NCBI GenBank assembly: GCA_049999805.1
Contig: JBNGIO010005977.1
Location: 42,077-106,076, forward strand
Source of the DNA: Folioceros fuciformis
Lineage: Eukaryota
DNA: 64,000 bases
Direction of reading: 5' to 3'
Made by a program: the position numbers and the translations under genes. Of the stretch, positions 24,846-45,928 are shown in pieces. Under the pieces are notes generated by a model. It saw only the letters and a list, made by a program, of their open reading frames with translations. It searched no databases and was not told the DNA's origin. Position 1 is the stretch's first letter. Each line of letters starts with the position of its first letter.

Positions 24846-25868
24846 CTAAGGAGGTGCGACGTACGCTTTTGGCTTAGGTTTCACTTCAGCCTCGTTCACA
24901 CTCCTTACAAATATGGAGTCCGGTTCATGTGCCTTCTCGCCATCCTCAAAAGTGTAGCTGGAGGCAATTGCCAGCAAACGCCCATCCCTGCTGAAGGAAA
25001 GAGCAGCGATGCTGGACGGGTATCGAGGGTACTGGTAAAGCCGTTTCTTGTTGTTGCCATCCCAAACGTTGACAAATCCATCACAGCCTCCGGTCGCAAA
25101 GGTCCCATAAATAGGATGAAACGCGATAGCATTCACGGGATACACCATGTCTCGACCGGCTTCAGACTTACGGTGACATTTGAACGCGTACTTCTTGGAC
25201 TGCCCTGATTCAGACAGATCAAAGAACTCCATAGCCACCCTTCCTTCGACCGAACTTAGGGCATACCCATTTCCGTTGGGGTAGCACCGCACGCACCTGG
25301 TTTGGTATTTCAAAGAAGACTCCCTTTGCTGCTCCGGCTCTGACATGTTCCGTAGATCATAGACGTTGATATGCCTGGCGGCTGTGGCCACAACCAGCCT
25401 GTTTCCGAACAAAGACATGGAATACACTCTCTCCGGCACCGAGTACGTCCCAACCGGACTCTTCTCCACCGCACTCGCTGCCCTAGGATCCCAGCACTTG
25501 AGGGTCTTGTCCCAGCTCCCGCTTACCACTTGCCCTGTTGCGTGCGAGTACTCCACACACCGGACAGGTGCATCATGTAATCCCAGACGCTCATCTTTGC
25601 CGGCATTGAAATCAAGCCGTCTCACGGTGCGGTCCGTGCCAGCGCTAAACCCGGAGGTATCATCGTGGAAGCAACAGTCCAACACGGGACCCGCCTGCTC
25701 AAACTGACCCTTGAGCAAATTCGCACTGGCGTCATACAGCCGCACCTTCCGATCCCACGAGGACACCAGAAGATGATCGCTGTGATTGGAGAATCTCAGA
25801 TTGGAAATCCCATCCTCTGGCGGCGATCCAAGCTCCCTCCCCGCCCCTCCTGCAACTCCTCCTATCAT
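24846..25868 (-). CDS. BUB3: Mitotic checkpoint protein BUB3 (WD40), single exon
   Basis: [64 protein letters not shown] and [22 protein letters not shown] in an uninterrupted ORF. First ATG at 25868; the ORF track starts at an upstream GTG (25916). Confidence 0.95.
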   Translation of the reverse strand: MIGGVAGGAGRELGSPPEDGISNLRFSNHSDHLLVSSWDRKVRLYDASANLLKGQFEQAGPVLDCCFHDDTSGFSAGTDRTVRRLDFNAGKDERLGLHDAPVRCVEYSHATGQVVSGSWDKTLKCWDPRAASAVEKSPVGTYSVPERVYSMSLFGNRLVVATAARHINVYDLRNMSEPEQQRESSLKYQTRCVRCYPNGNGYALSSVEGRVAMEFFDLSESGQSKKYAFKCHRKSEAGRDMVYPVNAIAFHPIYGTFATGGCDGFVNVWDGNNKKRLYQYPRYPSSIAALSFSRDGRLLAIASSYTFEDGEKAHEPDSIFVRSVNEAEVKPKPKAYVAPP

Positions 25869-26516
25869 CCCTGCCTGCGAAGAAAGCTCGAATCTCCTGC
25901 GCTCCGTCCACGACACCAGTCTCGCACCTCTACAGCAGCAAACTGTCCACCATCACCACCAAGATGCCTGCAGTTTCCGACAAACTGTCCCCTGCAAGCC
26001 ATTGCACCAATGATCAGTCCATAACGATGACGGTCCCGCACATAAACACGAAGACAGGAGATAAGCCAAAGACAGAGTTGGCACTTCCGACTCCCACCGA
26101 ATTCAATGCAGGCAGCAGGGCGTTTCTATGCATCAAGCTGGAGGGCAGACGAGAAAACATCCAAAGCGTTCAAAAGAACTGTGTGGCTTGCGAAGCGCGG
26201 GAAGCTATTGTAAACAGAGGGGTTCAAAAATGGCAACGGCCACACTCCCAGTCACAATCCAAATCAACAACAACCTATGTGCAAACGCAGGCTCTGTGAA
26301 TTCTCTGATTTAGTGTAGGGATAGCATACACCTTACATATAAATGCGGGGAATCGAAGAGCCTTGTTTAGGGTTTAAGGGTCTCTCGGGTTGCTTCGTGT
26401 GCCTCGGACGGAGTGTGCCGTAGTGTGTAGGTGGGCTATATATGTTGGCATAGAGACCAGGTCGAGTAGAGCCAGAAGCTAAGGTCAAAGCTGAATCGCG
26501 AGGAACTTGGGCTGGC

Positions 26517-32243
<5,727 letters not shown>

Positions 32244-33030
32244 GTAGCCGATGGTAACACACTCCCGCCTAGTGTCACTAGTTAGGAGGCGTTAGCCGGG
32301 GAGTGTGCAGGAACGCTGGCAAGCAGCTTCCAAGCCAACGATTTTGACGCCACGATTCTTTGTAATTATTGTAGCCTTAGCCTCTGACAATTTCAAGCAG
32401 CCGTATGCAATGCTTGCTTGCCATTAGAGTGGTTCAGGGACCGCCTTCTATGCCAGCGATGTACAGATCCATTGGCTTCCATGGCTATTGCTAACTCCGA
32501 GATGGCACTGCCTCTCCGCTGAAAGCTGATCTCACGCTCGTTCTCTCTTCCCAATCAGCGGTGCAATCTTGCTTCCAGTGGGCCCACAAAGGCGCAGATA
32601 CGCGCGCTCTGCAACCCTCGTGCGGCATGTGAATCAAACGTGCGTGTAGCATATGTTCGATACCACGTCCGTCTGATGGCAAAGATTTCTGCTTGCGCTT
32701 CAAGTTTGTCGCGGGTTCGGAGTACGACTGAAGTCGTTGCCTTCGCAGAACTGCGGGTTGCCATCTCTTTCCTGATGAAGGCTCGAGGTTGCCACCGATT
32801 CTTGGTGACCTACCCTCGCTCTGCCCTGCCTTGGTATACAGAGGAACTGCAGCTTCTTTTCTGGAGATCTTGCCGGAAATAGAGAAGGAAGCAGCAATTG
32901 TTCTCCCGCAGCAGGAGCAACGTTGCTCGAAATGGAAGCTCTGGGGAGCTAGACCATGGTAGGTTTCGCGGATCCTGCTTAACAGGAGGAACAGCAGCCG
33001 AGCAAGGCTGGCCGGATTCGGGGGAGCGGG

Positions 33031-34677
<1,647 letters not shown>

Positions 34678-35027
34678 AAGTGCGGGAATAAATATAAAAT
34701 ATAATAAAATATTATCCGTGTCTCTACATAAATAAAATATGATCATGAAGACGTTAAATTCAAACTGTAACGAGTGATTTATCCTTGCCATGGAGGCTCC
34801 ATTCCACAAGCGCACTGCATAAAAAAGACGGCAGAAAACAGACCTGAGCCATAAATGAAGTCGACACGTTGACACTCTTCTGCGGCGGCGGGAGTCGGCC
34901 CCCCTACATTGTACGGTACCCACATCATAGTTTTTAGGACGGGGATGAAAGACAGGAAATCACATCTGATGATCTGCCAGCTGAACTTTACGCTGGAGAC
35001 ACGTGCTCGAAGGGGGGAATCTCGATC

Positions 35028-36875
35028 ATGGAGCGTGATGGAGACGACGATTTAGAGCTGATGAAATTGCAAGCAAGAGAAATGTCTCGTGTCATATACA
35101 AGAAGTCTCGGAGTTGGAGTTTGCCTACCTCCTGCAGCTGGAAGAGGCGTTAAGGATCTCCGCCATGTATTCTGGGACGGGCCCATTGATGCTCATGGCC
35201 AGAGTAAATACCACGTAGCCTGGACTCCTCTCAGAGGGTAAGAAAACGAAAAAGGAGCAGCCTCCTGGTTCTGCCTCCGGTTTGCAACCTGACGCTTTTC
35301 TTGGTTTGTATCCCAAATTGAATGCTACGTGGAACCGGGATGCGCCTGCAGACAGCCCGAACGTTGTTCTCCTGGAGCAAACTCGTGAGGTGGAAATGCT
35401 AAACCAGGAATTAGAAGACAGCGACTTTGCTGCTCAAGAGCAGTCACGGTTCTNNNNNNNNNNNNNNNNNNNNNNNNNNNNNNNNNNNNNNNNNNNNNNN
35501 NNNNNNNNNNNNNNNNNNNNNNNNNNNNNNNNNNNNNNNNNNNNNNNNNNNNNGAAATCGACGCAATTGTCAAGCACGACGCTCAGTTCGCCCGGAAGCT
35601 GGCGTCTGTCCCGGATCGGAAGTGGGACAGGTCGGGAAAGGAGCTGTCGGACCCGTATGTAGGCGGAGGGGATACTGGCAGTTTGATGGAACGCTTGAAA
35701 CGGCGTTTAACTGGGCATCTGCAAGATGTTGAGGAGGATCTCGGTAGGGTCCAACGTAGAAGGCGAGGGAAGGACTTGGTCGTTGCGAATTCCGTGTGGG
35801 AGCCCATGGTGCTCTCTAAGGTTTTCTTTGTTAATGCTGAGGATTACGGATGCGCTGCAGGCCCTTCGATTTGGCCTCAGCTGGGGCCCCCAGCTGCAGG
35901 TAACTGTGGAATGATGCGAGCGAGTATGATATCACCCATGGCGGCATTATACACAATTAACTGTTGAACATTTGTGGTTTCAGACGTTCCCAGTCCAAGC
36001 TGCGTCATCCAGGAGATGGAAGGTTGCGGCATCTGTTTGGAGTTCAAAGTCGTCGGCCCAAAGACCTTTCTCAAGCTCAACGTATGTGGACACGAGTTCT
36101 GCATTGACTGTCTCCACCAGTATGCCGAGACACAAGCAAAGTCTGGCGTAGTGACGATTACTTGTCCCGAGCCGAAGTGCCTGGACGCTCTGACATTTGC
36201 TGAGTGCAGCCACTTGCTCGATGCAGTGTCATTCCAAGCTTTATGTCTAAGGCAAGCCGAAGCGGCAATCCCAGAAAAGGAGCGAACCTTCTGCCCCTTT
36301 CAGGAGTGTTCCGTCTTGTGTTTGAACCCACTGTTTGATTCTTCTACCATGTCATGCAGTTCGTCTCATCCGCATAAAACATCTATTGGAGCTGTTGAAT
36401 GTCCCACCTGTCACAGGCTCTTCTGCATGGAGTGTCAGGTAGGCTGTTAAATTATGTATTCCCGCTCGAGTGGTTGATAGGTGAACTAATAATCCTCTGA
36501 CCCTGTTGCATTTCTGAATCAGGTCCCCTGGCATGCAGAGATTCGAGATAACTGACTTGCAAGGAGTTTCGAGATTTGGCATCAGGAGAGACAACCTTAG
36601 AGGATGTAAGGTTGAACGTTCTTGTCTTCCAGAGAAGTTGGCAACGGTGCTTCAAGTGCCAGCGCATAGTAGAGCACATTGGTGGTTGTTTCCACATGAG
36701 TTGCAGGTAAGACGCACGTCACGTATCCCTCGGCCTTTACTGGCTGCTATTGTCTCGAGTGGAATCTAACCCAACAATCTGAACCAGGTGTGGTGCACAA
36801 TTTTGCTATTTGTGTGGAAAGGAGTGGTTGAGTAATTCACACATTTGCAAAAACCATCTCAAGGGGTCGACGTAA
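35028..36875 (+). CDS. RBR-type E3 ubiquitin ligase (RING1-IBR-RING2, RSL1-like); spans a gap and has an apparent frameshift near 35097
   Basis: ELEFAYLLQLEEALRIS, HDAQFARKL, RING1 CGIC...CGHEFCIDC...CPEPKC, IBR FCPFQEC...ECPTCHRLFCMECQVPWH, and RING2 WQRCFKC...GGCFHMSCRCGAQFCYLCG. Confidence 0.82.
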
Positions 36876-37392
36876 AGCAGCAAGCTCGTGTACCCCTGCA
36901 ACAGTCACTGTTGAAATGGAAAAGCAGATAGTTATCATGTTCGACTAGACTGTCATTTCCACCGTGGCTTCGAATGTAAATATTACATGATCAGTGCGAA
37001 AGGGCGGATATCCAAATTGCCAGTATTCATAGCAGATCTCCTGCTCTACAAGATCACCACTACATTCTCATTTTGTAATGTGGGACACACAGCTTTCGCA
37101 CCCACCTCCCTTACGTGCTTCATCTAACAGGCCCTGACGTCCCGTACGCGGATTTTTTCAAGAGGTGCCCGGGGAGGGCACAGGGGAATGAGGGAAATGC
37201 CTAACCAGCCGGTTCGCAACTACTGCTCCTCTGGTTTTCGACCCCAGCTACAACCAAACCTAAATGTTATGCTCTGCTGGTGCGACGGAGTTATACCTTT
37301 GCGACCCACTTGCCGCTCTGACTATCCTTGGGTCCTTTACAATCCGAAGTCCTCTACCTGGGCGGCCGTTGCAATGGTCCATATCAATGTAA

Positions 37393-39350
37393 TTGCGACT
37401 ATTGAGCTGCATAAGAGGGGATGCTAGCAACAACGACAACCACAGTGTACGGATGTATTACATGCGGGGTGATAGGAGGGTCAATATATGGATACATTAT
37501 ATGAATGTTGTTTTGCAAGGAATCTGTGATGCTGACAAGTTATTCCTACATGTTTCTTGCACACATCGTGGTGGAGTACATGATGCAACTATTTTAAGGG
37601 AGAGTAGTATATAGCAAAGGATGGTTCAAGGTCAAATTCTAACATAGCCATCCTTGGAGGTTTTTGGGGCAACAATCACTCCTTATATTGTGAGGGACTC
37701 TGCGTACCCTTTGATGCCTTTTTTGATTAAAGCATTTCATGTAGTGGGAGGTGACAATGAGAAAGCCAAGTTCAACAAGAGCATGCATCAGGGACGTGTG
37801 AAAATACTGTACGCATTTGCTCTGCACTTCACAATTATTGCATTATGATTGGAGAGGCCCAACTTAGTGATGTTGATGGCGACCCATTTCCTTTACATGG
37901 CCTCCCCAATAATAATATGTGGGATGATATATCTGCCTAACAATAAGAATATGTGGGATGATAAATCTGCCTAACAATAAGAATATGTGGGATGATATAT
38001 ATGCCTAACAATAAGAATACGTGGGATGATATATCTGTTAGGCATATGCATAGTGAGGCGAAAATAAGGAGGGAAGCCTTATTTCAAGGCTGGAAAAATT
38101 CCCAGCATGGGGAAGCCGCATAATTTGAGGAGTATAGTGTGTGTAACAAAAAACAAATCCACATACCAAAAACTTAAAATCATTTACCTATTGCTTGTCC
38201 ACATTCTAATGCATGCTTTTCTTTGAAGACCACTTTCCTAAAACCCTGGCTATGTGTAGTTGGTTATCCAATTGCATCTGTTGTTTCTTCATATCATGCT
38301 CTAATAGAAGTGTTTGCATCTTCACATAGTTTTCCATTTTGGCAGCCTCGATTGTTGATAGGCACTGAGCAAAAGCTGCTAACGCAACAACGATGTCCTT
38401 GCTCAATCCTGCAGAAGACCTCATGTGCTTCACTTTTTTACATCATACACCCTCTTGAGCTTGTTGGTCACTATTGTTGTTGCAAGGTGAGAATGCACGC
38501 TTTGGTATGGCCCCATGGCCATGTGATCCTACACTGTTCAACGGAATAAAAGAAGACCACACACAAGATTGCATAAGGTTAGCAATCTCCACTTACAACA
38601 AACTTTGTTGTAAGAAGTAGGTACACCAAATTACCAGACATTGAGAATTGGCATGCACATAAGATTGTGGAGAGCACATGTGCTTGGAGGCATGACAACA
38701 TGGCAAGCACCTCAGTCATGCATAAAATCTTTGCATCGTACAAAAGCTTTGTTACCTAGAGCCAGGAATCAGTGGTGGAGGTGGACTGCTTGCACCCACA
38801 CCATCCACAGGTTTGCATCACGCTCCATCTTGGGCTTGGTTTGTGAAGTCTAGTCGAAGGTGGCTTTACCCGGATCCTGTGCATTTGGAATTCCAGCAAA
38901 CTTGGGATTGCCCTTACAAAGGGCAGCCATCGCCTCGTAGTGCACCTAGGTAGAGTTCACTTGGCCTGAGCTTGTCTTGGACTCCTTCTCCTTCCTTTAC
39001 TTTTTCTTCAAATTCTCCAATTTTTGCTTACACTTTTTTGCCGTCAAGCCAACAATCTTGCAGGAGCTACTTTCATCTTTAGAGATTTGTGTCCAATGTC
39101 TAGTTGCTAGGTTGCCACACTTGAGGTGGACCACTTGCATCTCGATATACACCTCGATTAAAGTCGCAGTTGCTTCTTCGGTCCAAGTGATGACCTCCGA
39201 ACATTTTCCTGCGGCATCTGCATATTCCCTAGCACAACCCAACAGCACATCATCATCTAAATCGTGCTCCATATTTTTTGTACCTGCCAGAAGCAACCGG
39301 CCAGAAGCGACTCTTGAGTACTTGTATTGGTGAAGATATGCACGGCTTTC
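37393..39350. mobile_element. Decayed PIF/Harbinger transposon (DDE transposase fragment on +, Myb/SANT-like ORF on -, convergent)
   Basis: Plus strand: NVVLQGICDADKLFLHV...GGVHDATILRES and IVRDSAYPLMPFLIKAF...FNKSMHQGRV. Minus strand: WTEEATATLIEVY...HWTQIS...TAKKCKQKLENLKKK. No TIRs found. Confidence 0.8.
37908..38037. repeat. 34-bp tandem repeat, about 4 copies
   Basis: AATAAGAATATGTGGGATGATATATCTGCCTAAC. Confidence 0.85.
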
Positions 39351-42300
39351 TTCATTGTTCAGTGAGGGCATGCAGCACCAAGGCGAGGCACCGTACGGCC
39401 TTGTCCACAACACCCTGGTTTCTCCAAAGCCAACAGCTTGCTTGTGCCCAGAACTTGGTGCAACTTGGCGAAATCCAACCTTGATTTTGCAGCACAGCCT
39501 GCTTCCACCTATAAAGCCTCCTAATCCCCTGCCCGGAACCGACGAAGGTGGGAGGCCTTTTCCCTGTGACCCGAAAGGCCGCACTTGGAACGACGAAGGC
39601 ACCACCTAGGAAGAAAGAGGAACAATGTCCATGCTGACTCGTCCAAGGGCAAGGAGCCGCGTAGGACAAAGCTAGAGTCGGGGAGCGCAAGGAGGGGGGC
39701 TGAGCAAGTGAGGAAGGAGGTGGGCCTTGCAACCAAGAAAGTCGAGCAGCAAGGAAACAAAATGGAAGAGATACTGGCCAAGTTGGAGAAATTGCAGATC
39801 AACGTTGTAAAGGACCATGAGAGGCGGAGAGCCGCGATGGGGGGAAGGGCCAATCTCTACTGCTCGACTTGTGGGCAACAAGGGCACTCACGGGCAAGCT
39901 CTCCCCAGGTGAAGGTGCAAATGATGGAGTATGAGCAGGGTGAGGAAGAACCGTATCTCGAGGACACCTACCAAATCTAGGAAGCAATGCCAATGGTAGG
40001 GTATCCAAAGACGTCTTACCCGTCGCATTTGCGAAGTAATGCGCCCATGGGGATGAGAAATCAGGTATCTAGGAATCCGGGGCAACTGACTACGATCCAG
40101 TGTTATAACTACTAGGGCATAGGCCACTTTGCGAACAGCTGCCCCTCAGCGACATGACAGGGGAATGGCAATTACCAGAGGTTGTGCACGGATTGTAAGC
40201 AAACGAGGCACGTTGCTGGAAGCGTCCTTTGCGCAACGCCAAAGAAGCACGTGAGGATTGCTCTGACTCCTGCGACGATGAATCCAGTTACTGGGGCAAG
40301 CGCACCACCTACAGCACAAGTGACTGATGCACTCATGGCTATATGGGAGGATGCAGAGGCCAACGTGCTGTGGGAACTGGAAGTTCTGGGGGGTTAGGAT
40401 GGGAAATATTATGAGAAGGTGCCCGCCATGGCTGTCCGGACCCGAGAAAGATCTAAAGCCAGCAGGGAGGCAGATGAGTCAGCAAGGAGAGACGGATTGA
40501 AAAGCCAGAGAAAAATGGGGCAATCCGTTTCCTCCAGTGCGTCTGAGGCTGCGCTGAATACCTCAACCTCTGCAAGCGGAGAAGAGGAAGAGGCACCATT
40601 ACCGGTGGGGAAGGAGAGAGCGCCGAATCTTGAAACGAGGGAAGAAAATGCGGTGGCCGCTAGACTTGCGACGCGCGCAGTGGAGGGGAACCGACCAACA
40701 AATGAGCCGACCTAGGGGATGGAGGTCGTTGGAGAAGCTTTGTGGCTGGAGGAAATGAAGGCGCTTGGTTTTCCACTGGATGTGCGAAGTGAGGTGGCAG
40801 AAATGATACAGGAGGAGTTAGGCCAGATGGCCGCGGACACCGCGACAATTGGGGGAAGATAGCCAGGTTCCACAGACAAGGGAGGGGCTGGAAAGGAGAA
40901 AGCTTGACCCGAAGCAGAAACTGAGAAGGGGAGAATGTGAGTACAGGAAGCCCTCGATTTGGCAGAAGCCATCATGGATCAAAAATTCATGGTGACTTTT
41001 GGCCAACTTCTCCTGGATACACCACGATACAGGCAGCAATTGCGACGAGCGCCGAAAATGGCTCAAACTAGGAGGAAGCAAAGTCTGCCACAAGTAAGAC
41101 CAAGTGTTCATCCTGTGAATTTAGTATCGATGGTGGACCAAGGCCCAGCTGAATTACAGATCGAGATAGTAGGGTGTGTGATCAAGAAGGTACCCTTAGA
41201 CATAGGGTCTGGGGTAAACATTATGACCGAAGACACGGCCCGGAAGCTGGGATTGGAAATTGAGCAGACAGTTAAGGTTCTGTAGTTGGTAGACATGTTG
41301 AAAATGGCACCAGTGGGGGAAATCATTGGAGTTCTGACCCACATCGGCACCATTCCATATCTTATGGATTATGTGGTAATTAAGCAAAAGGCTCCGGGAT
41401 ATGAAGTATTGATTGGGAGAACATGGATGTATGGTGCCAGATGCACTTTCATGTGGGGACATAAGGAGGTAGGATTCAAGCCGTTGGACTGGGATCCGAA
41501 GACTAAGGAAGGAAGGATTTGCTTGTCATGGAGCAAGGATATGTACGCTGGGGAAACACCTTCGGAATTAGATGGGTATACATCGGCCGGAGAGACGGAT
41601 GAGCAAGCAGATGAAAAGGAGAGATTCCCTTTTGCTCATATCTCTTGGTCCAATGAGGAAAAGGACTATCAGCGAAATCTCCCCCATCTCATCAGCTGTT
41701 ATAGAATCACGGAGGACTGTGCGAATGGGGGAACTAAGACGAAGGAAGTAAATTCAACTACCGAGGTGGTTGAAGGTTAAACGGAAGTAGTAGGAACCAC
41801 TACCGAGGTAGTCGGTAAAGGATTGAAGGTGGTGGAACCAACTACCGAGGTAGCTAAACCAGCAAAGTCAGAAGTAGGGGGACCGAGGGAGGACTCGCTT
41901 GAGAAGGAGGAGGAACATGAGGGTGTCACACGAATTACCTCTGAAGAACTTTTCCATGAGTGGGGGATGAGGGACGCGGAATCGCGAAGGCTTGAGGAGG
42001 GATTTGGCATCACCTCGGCACTTGTGGAGCGAGAGTGGGTGCAGGCGGATGAGATCAAGGACGTAGAAGTCTTGCCAGGGAAGGTCCTCAAGTTTTCCAC
42101 TAAGCTGGACGTTGTGTTGGAAAAGGGGATGAAGGACCTACTGGCGAAATTCATTGACGTCTTTACCTTTGACGTCACCGATATGAAGGGGATACCCAAG
42201 GAGTGGGGGGAGCATAAGATCGAGTTGGAACCCGGGGCAATACCAGTCAGAATCCCTCAGTACAAGCTGAATCCCAAGTACTCGCTGAAGGTGAAGGAAC

Positions 42301-45300
42301 ATTTGGAACTATACCTCATGGCGGACATTATTTACCCCATTGTCACTTCAGAGTGGGTGGACCCAATTGTGGTGGTGCATAAAAAACAGCCGGGTAACTC
42401 AGAGTGTGCCAGGATTGGAGGAGGCTGAACAAGGTAACCTAGAAGGACCACTTCCCATTACCGTTCATCGACAACATTCTGCACTTGGTTGCGGGGCGAA
42501 TAATGTATTCCTTCCTGGATGGGTACTCGGGCTACAACCAGCTACACCTTCGAAAGAGCGACTGGCCGCTGACTACGTTTACCACTGACTGGGGAACGCA
42601 TGCCTACAAACGCAGTGCTTTTGGGTTGACGAGAGCACCTGGATCCTTCATGAGGGCGATTGTCAAGATCTTTAAAGAATTTCTTCGCAATTTTATGGAA
42701 GTCTTTCTGGACGACTTCTGTGTGTTTGGGATCAAGGAAGACCACCTGCGACATCTGAGAAAATGTTTGGAGAGATGTAGGGAGGCCAAGCTATGCCTGC
42801 ACCCCGAGAAATGTTACTTTGGGATGGCGGAGGGTATTCTGTTGGGACACAAGATTTTAGCAAGAGGAATCGAGGTTGACCCCGACAAGGTGAAGATCAT
42901 TGTAGCCCTCTAGCCACCAAGGACACTAAAAGAGCTTAGAGGACTCTTAGGCATGGTCGGCTATTATAGAAGATTCATTAAAAACTTTGCAAAAAGAGCT
43001 GCTCCCTTGACAAGTGTATTATGGAAGGATTAGGAGTGGGAGTGGACGCCGGCAAGGAAGGATGCATTTCAGGATCTGCGGACAACTCTCATCTCAGCGC
43101 CAACACTCAAGGGACCTGGCTGGAGCAAGAGGTTTCATGTCTATGTCGACGTCTCTACCTTCGCAATCGGCGTGGTACTCAGCCAACGAGATGAGAAGAA
43201 GAGGGATTACCCTATCTACTACGCGGGTAGGCAACTCATTGAGGCTAACCGGAAGTATACCACCACTGAGAGGGAAGCGCTGGGGATGGTATATTCGGTC
43301 AGGAAATTTCGTCACTACCTGCTCTCGTAGGAATTCCTCTTTCATGTGGATCACTTCGCACTTAAGCATCTGGTCAACAAGGTAGATTTGTCGGGGAGGA
43401 TCGCTACGTGGATCTTGTTGCTCTAGGTGTTCACCTTCACCATGGAAACCAGGGAAGGACGGAAGCATGTAAATGCTGATTTTCTTTCGCGACTGCAGAC
43501 GGAGGAAGTGGTGCAAGATGAGGAAGATGAGTTTCCCGATGAAACTCTATTCGCAGCAGAGATGGAGGGTGAAGCGGCTACGCCTAACCGCAAGCAAACT
43601 GAGAAGGAAGGCGCGCCAGGGAAGGAGAAGGGGAGGAGCGGCTTTATTCGACCCACCTACCAAGAGGTCCTTGCGTTCCTGAAGACGGGAGTCGTTCTTA
43701 GAGACTTGTCAAAGCAGCAAGCGCAGTTGTTTGTGCATTACGCGAGACCCTTTACCCGCAATGGAAGTGAACTCTACAAGACGGAACTAGATGGCCGAGA
43801 GAGGCTCTTGGTGCCAGCGGAGAAAGTCAAGCGGGTACTGGCGGGGTTATATGAGGGAGAAGCAGGGGGGGGCACTTTCATGCACACATCACCTGCAAGA
43901 AGTTGCTGGAAATGGGCTACTGGTGGCCGACAATGTACAAGGACACAGCGGCATACGTCAAGAAATGTGACACGTGCCAGAGAGTGGGCAAACCAACCGC
44001 GATGACGCAATGGCCCTTAATTCCCATTCTGGCTTTAGGCCCATTTGAAAAATGGGGGATTGACTTCGTGGGGCCTATCTAGCCGAAGACCAAGGTCAGG
44101 CAGAATCAGTTCATCTTGGTTGCAACGGATTATTGCACGAGGATGATGGAGGCACAGCCCCTTCACGTGGATACAGCTCAGGTGGTAGCTAAATTTTTGT
44201 TTGAACAAATGACTGCCCACTATGGGTACCCCTTGGAGTTGGTAAGCGATCGGGGAATCCATTTTTTCAATGAGGTAATCACCCACATGGCGGAACATTT
44301 CAATGTGCAACACCGACGGACGACTCCCTATAACCCGAAGGCCAACGGATTGACAGAGAAGGCAAATGGTATCCTTTGCCAAATCTTGAACAAACTGACG
44401 GTGAAGTACGCCTACGACTGGGACCTCAAACTCTACTCGGCATTATGGGCGTAGAGGACATTGCAACGGATTACGACATAGAGAACGCCCTACTACCTCA
44501 CCCATGGGCACCATCCAGTGATGCCAGTAGAATTTGAAGTTCCAACCCTGCGCATCCAGAGGGAGAAACGAATGTCAGTGGAAGAGAGTCAGCTAGAGCG
44601 GTTGGTCAGTTTTGTGAGGCACGCTGAGAACCGGGAACAGGCGATGGAGACCATGCAGGAAATGCAAGCTAAACGTAAGGAATGGCATGATCGCAGTTTC
44701 AAGAAGCAAGAATGGGTGGTTCCCGGGGATTTGGGTTTGCATAACAGGTACATGCATTTCCCGGGAAAACTGCATCTGAGGTGGATGGGGCCATACCGGG
44801 TGATCGAAGTTTTTACTAACGGGTCCATACAGCTACAGTAGTTGGACGGCCACCTCCTGCCAACCAGAGTCAATGGCTGGCAAGTGAAGAAATACCATGC
44901 TTAGGTTGGTGAGGACGCCAACAAATGAGAAGGGGAGTATGTAGAGGAAAAAAATGTTCAGGAACCGCTTTCTCGGCGTCAGAAGATGTCGACTTTGTTT
45001 TTTTTGGTGTAAACAGGTAAGCAAACCGGCCTAGTAAGTATGAATGTGAGTATATTTATACATAAAGACTCCTTGGCCTATGGCATTTTGGGCAACCTAT
45101 GGTAGTGGAGTTGGGTGTCGAGATGAGCAGGTTGGCCCTTGGCCTATGGTATGAAGGGTCTTGCAGGAAGTTTATATATGCACCCCCCCCTTACCTTCAA
45201 AATAAAGAAATAAGGTAGGAACTCGGCATAGGTAGTTATGGACTTAGGCTAGGAAATCGGAGTGTAGTGGCTTAGTGACGATGGCTGAAGCTGAGCCACC

Positions 45301-45928
45301 ATCGCGGAAAATCGGACGGCAACCTCGATAGTGGAGCTCGACAACCTGGTAAGGATAAAACCCAGAAGGGCAAAAGGTCAAGTGCCATTTTTAGGAACGC
45401 AATTGGGTGAACAACCAAGGTAGACGAGGCGGGTGGAGCGCAACAACAGAGCAGCTCAGGCAAGAGCCGAGGACAACAGGTTGGGGGCGCGCGCGGCGGC
45501 AGCGGCTAAGCTACGGGAGCAGTTACCACGCTTGAAGGAGATGGCGCGAGAGGAAAAGCCTGCACAATTAGCAGCAGCGAAGGGCACTTTGGAGCAAACC
45601 CCAACACCAAAGGTAGAGACAGCCTTCTGGCCGAACATGGAGCACTAACGCGCAAGGGATGGCGGGCTGGTGGAGGAGTTTAGCCTGGGCTTCATGGCTC
45701 AACGCTGGAACCATGTAGCTCCAGGGCTGGTGCAGGAGTGCGCCCAGCACTTGCGGAGTCTGCGCAAAGAAGGAGCTATCCAGGGGAACCCACATGAGTG
45801 GAACCTAGATTTGGTGAGAAGAGTATACGGGCACAGTCTAGAAGAGGAAGGAGGTTTGGTCCTCAAGACGCCGAGGAAGAAGAGCATGGTGACCTCGGCA
45901 CAGACGTTGCCCAAACCCTTAAAGCATC

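Noticed and set aside
37908..38037. 34-bp repeats as a possible CRISPR array
   Set aside because: The units are head-to-tail with no spacers, the context is eukaryotic, and there are no cas genes.
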